Of a stretch of DNA of 64,000 bases, positions 39,670 to 54,225 are shown one piece after another. The notes under the pieces are model-generated. The model searched no databases. It was not told where the DNA came from and saw nothing but the letters and a program-made list of their open reading frames with translations. The stretch comes from Chrysomallon squamiferum (Eukaryota; Animalia; Mollusca), in the NCBI GenBank assembly GCA_012295275.1, contig CM022671.1:19654001-19718000 (forward strand), written 5' to 3'. A program made the translations under genes and the position numbers. Position 1 is the stretch's first letter. Each line of letters starts with the position of its first letter.

Positions 39670-40092
39670 CATCATCTTTACCACAAATACTTCAATTATT
39701 ACAATTTTACTACTGCTGTAGAACTTTTAATTTGTTTAAGCCTTATATGTTATAGTTGCTTTAAATAATATGTAAACAAATTTGTATTTATATGTATATG
39801 TATTAAATTTTAAATAATTCAGAATTATCAAATTATTTAACATATTTTTTGTTTTCTTTTTCAGGATCATAACGGTTTTTTCTTCAAGTCGTGAAATAAC
39901 TTTTCAGTGTGGATATTTGTGTGTGTGAAATAATATTGTTGTAGATTTATTAAATAAGCACATTCTTCAAAGATATTCTATTTTGTGTTAAAAATATTTA
40001 ATTAATGTGCAGTAAGTTTAAAGAGAATATCATAAGGAGTTTATAAAGGAGATTCAGTGAATTATTAAGTTTAATAACTGGCTTAACTGTAG

Positions 40093-43000
40093 ATGCCGTA
40101 TCCTGTAGTAAAAGGCATTCTGCAGAGCTCGGCGAATTACGTATGGAATACTGCAGACAATCTGGGCAAAGGAGCAACAGCCATTGTTTATCTTGGAAGA
40201 AACAAGGTACTCAGAACTAGCTCTTGTTATGTTTTTAGAATAACGTAAATGTTTTTAAAACAGTAGTCTACTATGTTAATTTTGAAAAGTAATTTATCAT
40301 TTATGTATTTAGAACTCCAAATCTACCATTTATAATGAATGTAAAACTCATCCCAGAATTCACTGTTTATGATAATGTTTAGAAATCTACAATTTATGTT
40401 ATATTTATAGCAGTATTCAACTGTTTATAATACAGTTGGAAATCATAAACAATGGTAAGGTTAGTTGAGAACTTTTAATAATTATTACAGAATACAATGT
40501 ACTCATAATAATTTCTGCTATTTATGATGTGTGTTTAATAACTTGTTTACATAATTAGAATTTATTAAATTATTCTATTAATGTTAAAATATTTTTTGTT
40601 ATTTTCTTATTCTATTGCTGTTAGTATGTTTGTGATTCCATAGTAAATAAACAAATCAATGTTTATTCTAAAACAACATTACTTTAAAATAAAATCAATT
40701 TTAAAAAACACCAAAACTAGTACCATTGTTTGAAAGGTATAGTTCATTAAAAAACTTTATTAAATTTTCCATGGAAACAAATTAAACATACCTGTATATG
40801 TATTAATCATTCTGATGACTTATCTGTAAAAACTTAGGATAATACAGTTCATTTGGTGCAAAAAGAACAGTTATCTGTGTTGCTAAGTAACATGAGTAAT
40901 TCACATACATTCCTTGTCATTGTTATTGTTTCATCCTGTAATGACATAATGACATTACCTGAGTAATCTTAGTTACTGAGCTTTTTAAATTAAGTGTTGT
41001 GTAGGTTGTTTAGTCAATACACCCCCTAGACACTCACGATTGCAGCATAACATATAATGTACGCAATAGCCTAACAAACCCCACCCTTCATGATGAATAA
41101 AAAGCGTATTCAGTTAACAACCAGCATTATCAATGAGCTGTTACCTGTACTGTTTATTGTTATTTAGCTTAGTTACTGAGCCTTTTGAATAAAGTAATAT
41201 GTAGGTTGTGTAGTTAATACACTCCCTTGAAAGCATTGATACGCCCTACTTCTACATAACACATAATGCACACAAAATCTTGACAAACCCAACCCTTCAT
41301 GATTAATAAAAAATGTATTCAGTCAACAACCAACATTATCGATGAGTTGTTACCTGCAACACAGTTTTTTGTTATTTAGCTTCTATTTTTACGTTATAAT
41401 AAATCAACTTAAAACTTTTTGTCTTTCAACATATATTTTGTCAGATTTCATTTCTTTCTTGATTGATAGGTCTTTCAGTAAATATGATAGACATTAAAAA
41501 CCCACCTTGTTCTGTGTAGGCTTGCAATACAAGAATACTTCATTATGTCTTCATGCACAAGTAGTTCTTAATAAATATATTTCCAGTTCATATGTCTTCA
41601 TGCACAAATACTTTTTACCTACTGATACACTGAATACATGCTCTATAAATGACACAAATTCATTAAACTGGAGCATGGTATTTATAGAACTGATGTCAAT
41701 CTATTTTAAAATATCGGTGTTTCTGTATTGTTATTTTAGTATTTAAGCTATTATGTATAATATTAATAGGTATCCAAGTCCTTTTTAGGACCTTTATGTC
41801 ATCTAAAAATCTAGATAAATATGAAATTAAAATATCATTACTTGTCAGCTAATTTGTTTTTGAATTTTAATTTTCTGATTTATTTATTTATTTATTTGTT
41901 GTTATTTGTTTTTATTTATTTATTTATTTTTTAATATTACCATTATAAATTATTATTTATTTAAAAATTTGTTCTAGTTATTTTATTTTTACCATTATTT
42001 TTATTATTTATTTATTTATTTATTTATTTACTTTTAATTTATTTACATAAAATAATACATTGTCCTTTAAAATAGTGAAAGTGAAAGTTAAATATTTGAT
42101 ATTACCACTGTTATTAATAGATTTGAAATTGACATCTTATTATTTATATATATATATATATATTAAATTTATGATGTTCTTATGTGTTAGAAAGTTGCAT
42201 TATATATTTTTTTTTTTTAGCAAAATGGAAAAGTTGTCGCAGTTAAAGTATTCCATGATCACATTCACTGGGTTTCTGACAGTAGTGAAATTCGAGAACT
42301 GGAACTATTGCAGAAACTCAGGCATGAAAACATTGTCAAGCTCTTTCAAATTGAAAAAGAAGTATGTTGCTAGTAATATTTATTCTCTTGAAATTATCCC
42401 CTTTCATGTGTTTTGTCTGTGCCTGCATGTGTGTGTAGATATGGATATGGATGTATGTTTGCACATATTAATTAGTGTGTATGGATGTATTTCTGAATCT
42501 GAATGTGTGTGTGTGTGTGTGAAGCTTTATGAATGAATGTTTTATGTTAACTTATATTAGTTTTAGACATGGTTTTTGTTTATTGAAAGAAGGTATCGTA
42601 CAATTTTTGGGGCAGCTTTATTAATTCATAAGATTTTATTTAATTTTATATAAAACAAACAGGTGGTAGTGACAAACAGATGATAATTAAAGATCAGTCA
42701 TTGGAACCGGAAATAGTGAATAGTTATCAATATACTACTGTCTGTGAGTCTGTGTGGTTTTAGTTTAAAAATATTTTGTTTAGCATTAAGGTATTAGTGT
42801 TTTTTATCATTAGCATGTTTTTAAGAAAAGATTATTTTTATTTTAATTACTTCTTTATCTTTTTGTAAAATGTATGTTTTTAATTTCAAAATATTTTCTA
42901 TTTACACTTTTACGATCATTACTGTTTTTCCTAAATGTAGACTCAGAGCCTTCGTCCAGTGGTTGTTATGGAATACTGTGAGGGCGGAAGTCTGTATCAC

Positions 43001-45715
43001 ATGTTGGATCAGCCACAGTATTTTCATGGCCTTCCAGAAAATGAGTTCCTTCTTGTTCTTCAGCATGTTTGTAAGTTTAATTAGTTTTTAAAAAGTTTAA
43101 TAATTCCACAGATACATTTTCAAAAAATGATTACCTTGCAGATGGATTTTATAGTTTATTTATATAATATTTTGCAGCTGCAGGCATTGAATACCTCCGT
43201 AGACTGCAGATTATTCACAGAGATATTAAACCTGGTAACATCATGCGCTATGTTACCGAAGAAGGAAGGTAGAAATGTGTAACCTGAAACAAATTTATTG
43301 TTAGGGTTAAGCTGTTGTACTCATTCAAAATTATTTATAGTTAATTATTCTTTCTTTGGAGATTTAAACTGTAATAAAAATGAATATAATTAGTGAAAGG
43401 TTGAATGTAAAAAAAATTTCTAATAAATAAAAAGAAAAATATTCCTTGGAATATTTCAAACCTTATTTTCAATTTTTAATTTGGTTTTTATGCATGTTGT
43501 ATGTAAAAATAATACCCTAATTTCAAAAACACTGAATGTTTGAATTTGAATGAACAACATATTTTAATATTTGCAGATAGCCATTAATACATACTCGAGC
43601 AGGTTATATTAACCTAGTTAGTTTATCAAATAGAACAAATCATTTGCTGTTTAAATGGCGAATTATTATTATTGTTTTTTTTTAAATATGTTTTTATTCT
43701 CTTATTTAGAAATACATATATTTAGATTATAGCAATTTATAAAAAATTATAACCATTTCAATTAAACAATAATTTTAAAAATTTTGTTTATCTGTTTATA
43801 ATTTTCAGATCCATCTATAAGCTAACAGATTTTGGGGCAGCTCGCGAACTAAATGAGGAACAGAATTTCACATCAATGTATGGGACAGAGGAATATCTTG
43901 TAAGTTATATCTTGAAAATTATTTTTAATTATCAAATATTCTTAAATATAATTATTAATAAATTAGTAAAAATAATATCTCACAGTTAATTGTTTTACAG
44001 CTACTTCTATTATATTGTTATATAGTATTTCTTGTTAAAAACTGTTCACCTAGAAATATATCATGAGTGTAATTCATTTGGGGAATATTTAATAAGTGCT
44101 CCGCCATTACAGTCATTCCTAAATTAACCCAGAAACTATAAAATTCTTTGTTTTTTAATAAACAATGCTCTAATCACATTTGTAATTATGTCAAAGTGAC
44201 AAATTTAAAAATAAAAATTTCATTCCATAGAAAGTAAAAATTATTTCAAAACTGATACTTTTAAGTGCTTTTACTTTTTTAGGCATGAATTGCTGATATT
44301 ATGACAGGGTTTTTAATGTTACATTAGCTTGGGGTGTTTTGGGGGGGTGTATTTTTTATTCTTTTATAAGGCATTCTCTGTTTTTTTTTTTCTTTTAAAA
44401 AACAAAAACAAACAGCATCCAGGGATGTATGAAAAGGCTGTGCTGCGACAGTCTAGTGGTCAACGTTTTGATGCCAAAGTTGATCTTTGGAGTCTTGGTG
44501 TTACTTTCTATCATGTGGCAACTGGAAAACTACCATTTCAGCCTTATGGAGGCAGAAATAACAAACAGACAATGTGTGTGGTATTTTATTATTCTTTATC
44601 TATGTATTGGAAATCCATCCATCATCTATGTTATTTTTATGAAATGTAATGTTTTTGATTATTTATTTAGGTGATATTAACTTGTTTTGTTTTGTTTTTA
44701 TCCTTATTTAATTTGCTCAGGTTTACAATAACATCCCAGAAAGAGTATGGTGTGATTTCAGGAGTCCAGAGTTTTGAGAATGGTCCAATCATTTGGAGTC
44801 GCGAGTTGCCCCCAACCTGTCAGTTATCCAGGTAATTATAACATTAAATTTATATTTGTTTAATAATAAACAATGTGTGTGTGTATGTAAACTTTACATG
44901 AATGTTAAAAAATTAGTTTCATAAAGCTGATACAAGTTTCTGTAAAAAGATTTATAAAAGAAGAAAATATAAGCAAAAAATAAAAAATCTGTTCATAATC
45001 AGTTTATATCAATGACTTATTTCCATTTCTTTATTAATCAGCAAAGATGTATGTCACATAATTTAAAAACAGTTACTAGAAATTATTCAGTCAATGATAT
45101 AAAAGTAAAAATGATCTTTCACTAATTAGTTTTTGTACACCAGTTATAAATATATGTATTACTATTCATATTTTATTATTATTATTATTGATGCTCTTTA
45201 ATTGTAATATTTCAGTGGAATGAAAGCTCTAGTTGTTCCTTTGCTAGCAGGGCTCATGGAATGCGATGAATCACGTGTTATCACTTATGACATTTTGTTT
45301 CGTGTTGTTGAAAACATTTCACAGAAAATCAGCTTCACCATTTTTCATTACACATCATGTAAAGAATTAAAAATATTCATTGATAAGCATGAATCGTGAG
45401 TATTTTTCAGTTTCCAAGCAGAATATTAAAAAAATAGCTGTGTTTGTTTTAATGAAAAGAATACAAACATTATAATGGTTGATGATGAAAAGAATATAAA
45501 CTTTATAAATTTTCTGTTCGCAATTTTTAAGAACAGGGTTTTGAATGTCCCATCATCTTTCCTTAATAGATAAAAAGGTAGCTAGAATTTGGACACAAGA
45601 ATGTATTTTATTAAGCAAAAAAATGTAAAAATTATCTTTATTATTATTAGTTATTTTGAATAAAAACTATTTTTATAGATAAATAAATAGATAGATAGAT
45701 AGATACATACATACA

Positions 45716-45747
<32 letters not shown>

Positions 45748-46788
45748 AACAAATAAAAGAAAGTATAACAATTCATATTTTTATTATTTATTTTAATTTT
45801 GTTAAAAATATTAGATTTTCAAAACTTCAAGACATCTTAGCATCACAGACTGATATTTGTGCAAGAGATCAGCTACTGCTGATAGATGGAAAGCCAATGG
45901 AAGAACTTATTGATGTTACAAAGGAAGTACACACTTATCCTGTACATATCACAGACAGTCACATTTTTCTTTTTCAACGCAACACCCGGTTTTTAGAACC
46001 AGAAAGAGTTATCCTTCCAGAAATACGTGAGCTGTTAAAGAAATTTTTTAGCAGATTTTTTATCAATCAGTTATGAGATCTTTATAAAATATTCAGGACC
46101 AAAGATGCTTATCTACTCCAAAATGTACAAGTTGATAAATTATTTTTATCAGACAGATTTGTTACCAGTTTCATCACTCTGCTGTGTTAAGTAAATCTTA
46201 TTATTTATAAGAATAGAGCAGTAAATTTATTAGGAAATGAATGTAGTATATTTTTATCTTTATTTGGATTGATATAGTTGTTGTTGTTATTTCACTGGGA
46301 TGTTTTTTTTAATTGTTTGAGGAGAGTTTTACAATATTTAAACATTTCTCTGATACAGGAATTTATATTTTTATATTTTTATTTGGTTCAGCTCATATTC
46401 CTGAATTTGACACTTTTGTGGACATGGAAAAGGATTTAAGACTTGCCCACAACTGTTCAGCAAAAGGACATTTGATAAAAAGATATGCCGATGAAACTAT
46501 TAGAAAACAACAGTTTCTAAAGGAGGGATTGATCTGTTTCAGGTAAACTAAATATATATTTTTTTGTGTATGTATGCATGGGTGTGTGTCTATGCATACA
46601 CATACATACAAATAAAAATATATGTATATATGTGTAGATATATGGATATATAAATATATATGTGTCTTTGTGTGTGTGTTCCCTAAAATTCTCTAAAATT
46701 GTTTCACCTATTACTGTATCATTGTAATTAAGTTATTCTTTGAATTGATAGTGTTTAAATATATGGTGAATGGTGAAGAAATATTTAA

Positions 46789-46822
<34 letters not shown>

Positions 46823-49800
46823 ATATTATAATACAACAACAAAAATATATATTAATTAGTTATTATTTTTTAATAACATATATTCACACCAAGACGTATA
46901 TCAAATTTAATATGTTAATAGAATAAACTATTAATGGTAATGTTTAGCAGTAGTTATTATTTTGGCATGGAAGACTGGAAATACATCATATTTGCTTTAA
47001 GCAATTGGTTTAAAAGCACTTTGCTCCAGCACAGTTACAGTGAGTGAAACCTTGAAAGTGGATTTTGTCTAAAAGCTTGGTGTAAGAAAATATCTTGCTT
47101 AATGCAGTTATCATTGGCTGGCTTTCATTCATTGTCGTTACAAACACATTATCTTAGTGTGTGAAATAATAACAGAATGTTGTGTTCCAAAATATTGATA
47201 ATAAATAACATAAAAGCTGTTTACCTCACTATTCACTATCAAACAATTGCCTATTCCTTACTATTACTTCAAAGAACAACTTACTTTTGTTAAAATATTT
47301 GTCTGGTCTTCATTTAAACACCATCATTTCAAAATAACTTACATTTATTATCAAGAGAAAACTCAATTACAGTGACACAGTAACAGATGAAACAATTTCA
47401 GGGAATAGGTATAATTTCTAGAAATTGTTCATATTTTGCATGTTAACACATTATGTTAATTGTTTTTTAATTTTTTTCATTTTTTTTTAATCTTTACCAG
47501 ATCTTACATTCAGACAAGTAAAGATAATTCTGAACACAATATCAGCAATATGGAAAAACTGATGAAGGAATCAAGAAAACGTTTTGATTCATTCTACTTT
47601 ATGTTGGGAACTATTAAAAAGCTTTGTGATAAACTGCATTACAAAAATCGATCTCTGGAAGATATATTACAAAATAAACTAACTGAAATTCATGAAAAGG
47701 TTTGTCTTCACTAAAAAGAAATATCTTCTGAACTCACATCTAAAAAATGCCATATTTTGGTCAAAATAAAATCCTGACATGACCTTTCATTCATTTAATT
47801 TTTGATTTTTAATGATCTTGAACATTTTGTTCCTGTATTTATATCATTCTTTTAAGTTTTTTATATTATGCTATTCATATGGTATGCCATCTGAGTAATA
47901 TCACTATATAACATCAACTTATGAACATAGTGTTTATGTAGGTTGATGATAAAAATTTAAATATTACTTAGGCAGAGGACAGAGTTATGGAAATCAAAAG
48001 ATACAGAAGTGTCGAGCTAGTTGAAAGGTTTAACACAATGTGGGAAGAGCAGAACCAGTGGAGTATTCGATGTAAACAAAATGACTGGTAAATACAATTT
48101 GTAAACATTGTTTGTTTTAATATCATTAGCCTCTTTCTGAATAAACTAGGGTGTTTCTCATATAGCAGTTTCTAAATTAATTATGCTTAAAATATTTTTA
48201 ACTCTTGTTTATTTTAAAACTTGCCTTGTTAAACATTTTCAGATTGCAAAGTAGCTAGGTAACCGTAATAAATATTATTTTTTAGTTTTTTTAAATCTTT
48301 ATTTTTATTTCAAATTTTTTTATTTTTTATGATTATTATTATTTTATATTCATGAAAATAACATGAACTAATATTAGTTTTAAAAACTAATAATGAGATT
48401 TTTTTTCTTTCTGCAGCTTTTCTAAAATCAGCTACATTGTAACAGTAATAGGAAACATACAGATCAGATTCCGGCGAGATAAAAATGTCAAAGATCAGAT
48501 GGCTCCTCATGACCAAAATGTCCATCAGTATGAAAGGTTATACATAGATAAATCTAAAAGTTTTTAAAAGCAGATTGCTATCATTTGTTCTTGTTATTTT
48601 TTTTTTTTTTTTTTTTTTTTTTCCACTATTATAAGATAGTGTATAAGGCTGAGACCCTTTCAGGTTGCAAGTAAAATCTTCCTAAGTGTATATATTAGGC
48701 TTCATTATCAGTGATGTTATAGCAGCTTATTAGACATCAGTAAGAGTAGTCTATGTGTTTTTTTGTTGTTGCTGTTGTTTTTATCTTGTATCATTTTCAT
48801 GAAAGCTCATATTTTTTACATCTAATATGTTGGATTCATTTTAAAAGAGAAAAGCTGCAAGACCAGTTTGTTGCATTGACATCAATTTTACAAGACCACT
48901 GCTTCAAAAATCTGGAAATCATGTATAAAGAAGGCTTTGAATATTTAAGGTAAATTCCATTGATTTCATTCAAAATTAATTTTTATATCTTTATTTTTTC
49001 TTATAACATAAAAAGAAATGTTTCATTGATTTTGTTCATTTTTATTTTTATTTTTATTTAATATATATATTTATATATTTAAGGAGTGCCATTATATATT
49101 GTTTTACAAAATTTTAATTTCACAGTCTTAATTATTTATTTCTTATCAGTTTTACAGACATCATGGATTTCTTTTTCATTTCTTTTGTCCCATCTCAATT
49201 TTACTGTTTTTAAAATTAAAGCAGATAATGGACCAGGTATAAATTAGCTGAAATTGACTTGAATTCACACTTATCTCTGTATATTTTATTAATGAAGACA
49301 TTTGCCTGTAATTGTTAACAGTTATTACCTTACCTGATTCAATGTATTTAATATGTTTATAGCTTTTTAATTTTTTATATTATCACTATATTTATTTGAG
49401 ATCATTACAGTAATTAATCTTTAAATTTAATCTTTCTTTTTTTTTCTAATTTTTCTTTTCATTTATTTCTTTTTTTCAATGGTTTATAACAGTTCACTTG
49501 GTAAATACTTAAACAGAATTACAAAGGTTCAGAAAAATATTGAAAGTGTTATTGATTGTCAGCAGCGTCTAAGTGACCAGTTGGACAAGGTTAGTGATAT
49601 TGCTCATCAGTGAATTGTTTTGGTTTTATTTTTTTATTTTTTGAACAGTTATGCCACAAATATAAATTTATCTGTAGTTTGCAATCTTAAATAATATGTT
49701 TATGTGTCATTAGAATAAAATAGGATATTAGAATATTAATAAAACTACTGCACTCAACATTTGTTGTAATTCATAAAATTATATATTCAAATTGTAACAG

Positions 49801-51139
49801 ATGTACAGTGATCATAACTAGCTTGTTGTACGAGCAGCCATAAATAAGACATTACACCTGCAGTCTAAATTATCAACAGTCTGTTGTTGTTTCTTTAAAG
49901 TATCTTGTTTCCACTGCTATATTAGAATGTATTTGTTTAAATATGTACTTGTTTCTCGTTTAGAGAATGAATGTATCATCAAAATGTTTGTATACAAAGT
50001 ATTTATTTAATTTTTTAAAATCTTTTCAGTGGAAACATTTCAGATAAATATAGGTAGCATCACTGAGCTATTCAAATTTAAGTAGTGAAAATCATTTTCA
50101 ATCCAGATTGTGTTTCTTTATAATCCTTTATGAATTTAAAACTGAAACTTGTAATAATTCAAAGAAAGTTAATTTTGCATTACAGATTGAAGAAAAATGC
50201 AAACTAGTCATTAATGAAATAATTCTGTCAGCGCCAGAAGCAGGTTTTATCTCTGAGAATCAACAACCAGAACTGTTGCTTGCCTATTCTGAGAGAAGTT
50301 TTAACAGAGACCGAGATGGGACAAATTCACAAACATCTGATGAGTTTTCATTAAGGTATACATACATATGTATGTACCCTTTATTCATCTTTTTTTAATA
50401 CTTTGGACACCATTTTTGAAAAACATAGAAGTCAGGAAATCAAAACACAGGTACAATAAGTCTATCCCCTAACAATAGCATAGGCTGGGTAATAAACCAA
50501 AAAATGGGAAGAGTGCACTTCTTGTCTGAAGAGAAAAACTTCAAAAATTTAATGCATAAAAATGAATTCTTAATATATATACTTCATTAATTATTATTTA
50601 GTTTTTCATAACAGAAACCTGTTTTTAATATGATACATCAATGATTTTGTTATTTTTTATTTTATAACTTTTGTAGTTTGCAAGAGCTCTGTGAAGACAG
50701 CAAATCTATAGCTAACATGGTGAAAGAAAATTTTCAAACATTGCAACAGAAGTGAGTTGGGTGTAATTTTTTTATTTTATTTATTTATTACAACCACTTT
50801 TTATCTAAGAGTTAGAATTTTAATTTATTGGATAGAGGTTTATAATTTATTTGTATGTTTCATTCTGATAATCATGTCTTTTTATTTTGATTATTTTTTT
50901 ATTATTTTTATTATTATTGATTAATTAGATTGTTACTTATTTGAATCTTTTTTAAGTGGTCTGTGTGTGTATGTGTGCATGTGTGCGTGTTTATGAATAA
51001 ATACAGTGTACATGTATATGAACTTTTTAATTAGAATTGTTCAGTCTTTACTTTTTTATATATTATTATTTTTCAATGTTTTCTTTTCAGGCTTGAAGAG
51101 CTGGAATTATACAGTAATAATTCTCAGGAGAACAGCTGA
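40093..51139 (+). CDS. IKBKE: TBK1/IKK-epsilon family serine/threonine kinase, about 768 aa (divergent, tentatively IKK-epsilon-like)
   Basis: 18 phase-compatible GT-AG exons: 40093-40206, 42221-42361, 42941-43070, 43178-43268, 43809-43899, 44416-44573, 44721-44831, 45216-45395, 45815-46026, 46392-46542, 47501-47699, 47972-48087, 48417-48536, 48848-48949, 49493-49589, 50186-50355, 50677-50751, 51091-51139. Motifs: [48 protein letters not shown] (activation Ser kept), [15 protein letters not shown], followed by ubiquitin-like and helical scaffold regions. TBK1 versus IKBKE orthology needs a tree. Confidence 0.93.
40968..41382. repeat. Diverged tandem duplication of a ~200-bp unit in the kinase intron after the first coding exon
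   Basis: CTTAGTTACTGAGC...ACCCTTCATGAT...TGTTACCTG...GTTATTTAG starts at 40968 and again at 41168. Confidence 0.9.
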
Positions 51140-54100
51140 CATAAACATTAACATTTTTTTGGTATGTTTCTGCAGTGAAAGCAAAATAAAAATACTAACA
51201 TGGATTAATATTAAATGAAAACTGTGTATCACTACATGAACAAATTCAATAAGCATGATTATAACTGATATATAAAGTAACTCCTGGCATAAATGGTAAT
51301 TGCACTGAATATCTGAAAGATTTTGGTAAATGTTACTACAAAATAGATGATGATTAGAACGCATTTTGTGGTGGTATACTGCTAAATGATTTGAAACTTT
51401 TATTTAATTCAAAAACATTAAACAGATTTTTACATTTTCAGAAGACAATAACATACATCTCGGAGATTAAATTAAGATTTATATTGTATGTTAAAGAATG
51501 TTTATGAAAATGGAACTGTGTTTATAATGGAAAAAAAATATTTATAATAATCAGTATATTTTTCTATATTATCATTTGATTATATTAATGTTTTAATAAT
51601 TTGTTTTATTGTTCCTTGAACCATCAAACTGTCTAAATTATTTGTAAGACATTTCATTAATTATCTTTATTTCAATTTATTAAAATACAAAATATGTTGC
51701 CTTTATTATAAGCATACATGATAAAATACCATTTGCATATATGTGTGTAGATATAAATATATGCTGTATATCTATATAAAGCATGTCTTTTTATTATGTT
51801 CCGTATTTTGATGGATATTTAAATTATTCTAGCAGTTTCTTGATGATCTACATTTGGGCTGACTTGTGCACCTTGCAAACCATCTTTTACTTGAAAATAA
51901 GGGTGGTTGATTATAGTCACTTTGACTACACATTATTCAGTTTTGAAAAAATGCAGGTTTGTTTTTTTGTTATTGTTGTTTTTATTGCTTTGTTGACATT
52001 ACTGAAGATATCAGTATTATTAGCCAAGGGCACAGATTACATACATTTAAAAATGTGTGTATGGAGAAAGAATGATATTAGAAACTTAATGAAGTTTTTG
52101 TATCTTTGTTTTGTACATTTAGATCTGGTAAATGTGATAAAGTCATCATTATTATTGTAACAGTATTTTTGTCAGGCAAAATGCCTGATAATTATATTTA
52201 ATAATTAATAAAATATTAATGAGCAAATGGTATATATGAAATTTGTAAGTCAATGCAATATGAATTGTTAAGTAAGAATACAAGAATTTATAATAATCAT
52301 AATGGTAACATATAGGCAGGAAAAATAAATAAATAAAATTAAAAAGTTGAACTATTTAAAAAGGATAACTGACATATGTGATCTGTAATGGCATTGGTGC
52401 TGTTATTATGTCAATAGATTATCCTCTTACATAGTAAAATATCCAAATGCCTGTTCCAGCTAAGTTGAAGAGTATAGAATCCTGTTTTTTTTTTTTTTTT
52501 TTTTTGGCATACAATATTTTCATCTTGTTAAACAGAAATGTTTTACAATTTTTTAGTGGTTGAAGATGTAATAAAACACTTAATTCAAATTATTTTCAAT
52601 AACTGTGTCTGCTTTCCATCTGCTTTCAATAGACACTACTCCCATTTGAAGATTTTTAATTAACAGACTAAAGTAATAAAAATGTTATGGCAGTTATTTT
52701 TTATGTTCAGAATAACTTAACTATTTTCAGTATACTTATTTTCAAATATATTAGCAGTATATTTATTTTCACAGAATGTGTTCCAATCTTCATGAAAGCC
52801 ACAGTTGTATGGTGACTATTTGTTTTATAGTGAAATAAGGTCAAACTAAATTATTAATGTGTTTTATATAATCTGAATAATCATAGATTCCCTGTGTTAT
52901 TATTTACATTTTGAGGGAAAATTGGTATGTAAATGATTACATAAATTCCAAAATAACATATTACACTGTGGTTTATGTCTGTTCAGACCCACAGACATTA
53001 CATAACAAATGATGTAAAAAAACAACAACACCTGACATGAAAAAAATGACCAGCAAAATCTATTCACATGTATTACATACAAAACTTTACCAGTTCTAGA
53101 ACATTGGCCGATAACACACTAATATTACAATTAGTTGGGTGGGTGGCTTTTCTTAAACTTTCTTCAATATTTTTGATCTGTTAAAGTCAACTATCCCTTA
53201 TATTCTTAATATCCCTTATATTCAACTATAAATAGTCAGGATGTTAATATTGATAAATAAATGTTTTTCATATAATTTGTGTGCACATTATATAAGCTAA
53301 TTATACAGTTTATAGCTGTACATAATTATACATGTGATGTTGCAAATTTATAAAAAAAAAAAATTTACTCATAAATATCTCCATAGAGGTTTTGTCAATA
53401 TTTTTTGCAGGCTTATATTTGGATAAATGTATATATTCACTTTGTATAGGTGTTAGTTAACTTGTATTTACATTTGAATTTTCAGACAAAACTCGTTTTG
53501 AATAGGAATTATTGGATAAAGAAAACGTTTCTTTGATCTTTATCGAACTGACTTTCATCATTATGACTGTAAATATTTATAATAAATTTATACAAAGTGT
53601 GCATATTGGTATTGGACATGATTCACTTTTTCGTTTTTTCTTTATGTTGATCACTACTTACTTCAGATATTATTTTGTTTAGCCAAAAGATATAAAATAA
53701 GAAAATATTTGTAAATGAGTGAATTGTAGAAAAAACCCTAAAAGTTAATGATTTATTAAAATAAAGATTAAACAAAAATATAAGAACATAAAACAGTTTA
53801 TTAACGATTATCAGTCAACCTCTACTATTGAGATTATCTTTTATTACTTGTCTTTTGTTTCAGAAAGTGATTAAATTTTCAAACAACCAATAACACTGAA
53901 AAATTCTTCTTTTTAAAACTTAACTTAGCTGAAATTTATTTACACTCAGGTCAGTATTAGCTTATTTTTACATGTAATATTTTTGATTACATTATAATGC
54001 CTGAGAAGATGAGTATGTTGTGTTCAGGTTTGTTGTTTAGATGAATATTATTTGTGTTGTTTTTTTTGTATTTTTATTTTCATTGGAAACAAAAACAAAA

Positions 54101-54186
54101 TGTATGTGATATAATGAAGCTTTCTGCTTAATCCTTCATCATGAATGTTTTTACAAGATCTTTGTATATATATTGAAAAGTACATA

Positions 54187-54225
<39 letters not shown>

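Noticed and set aside
41091-41180. Possible C/D-box snoRNA (ATGATGA...CTGA, ~90 nt)
   Set aside because: No terminal stem, the boxes are not kept in the second tandem copy, and I recognise no rRNA complement.
42060-42536. 158-aa ORF overlapping kinase exon 2 in another frame (similarly 42870-43091 and 44429-44674)
   Set aside because: Mostly intronic low-complexity sequence with no recognisable motif. The kinase frame explains the exons.
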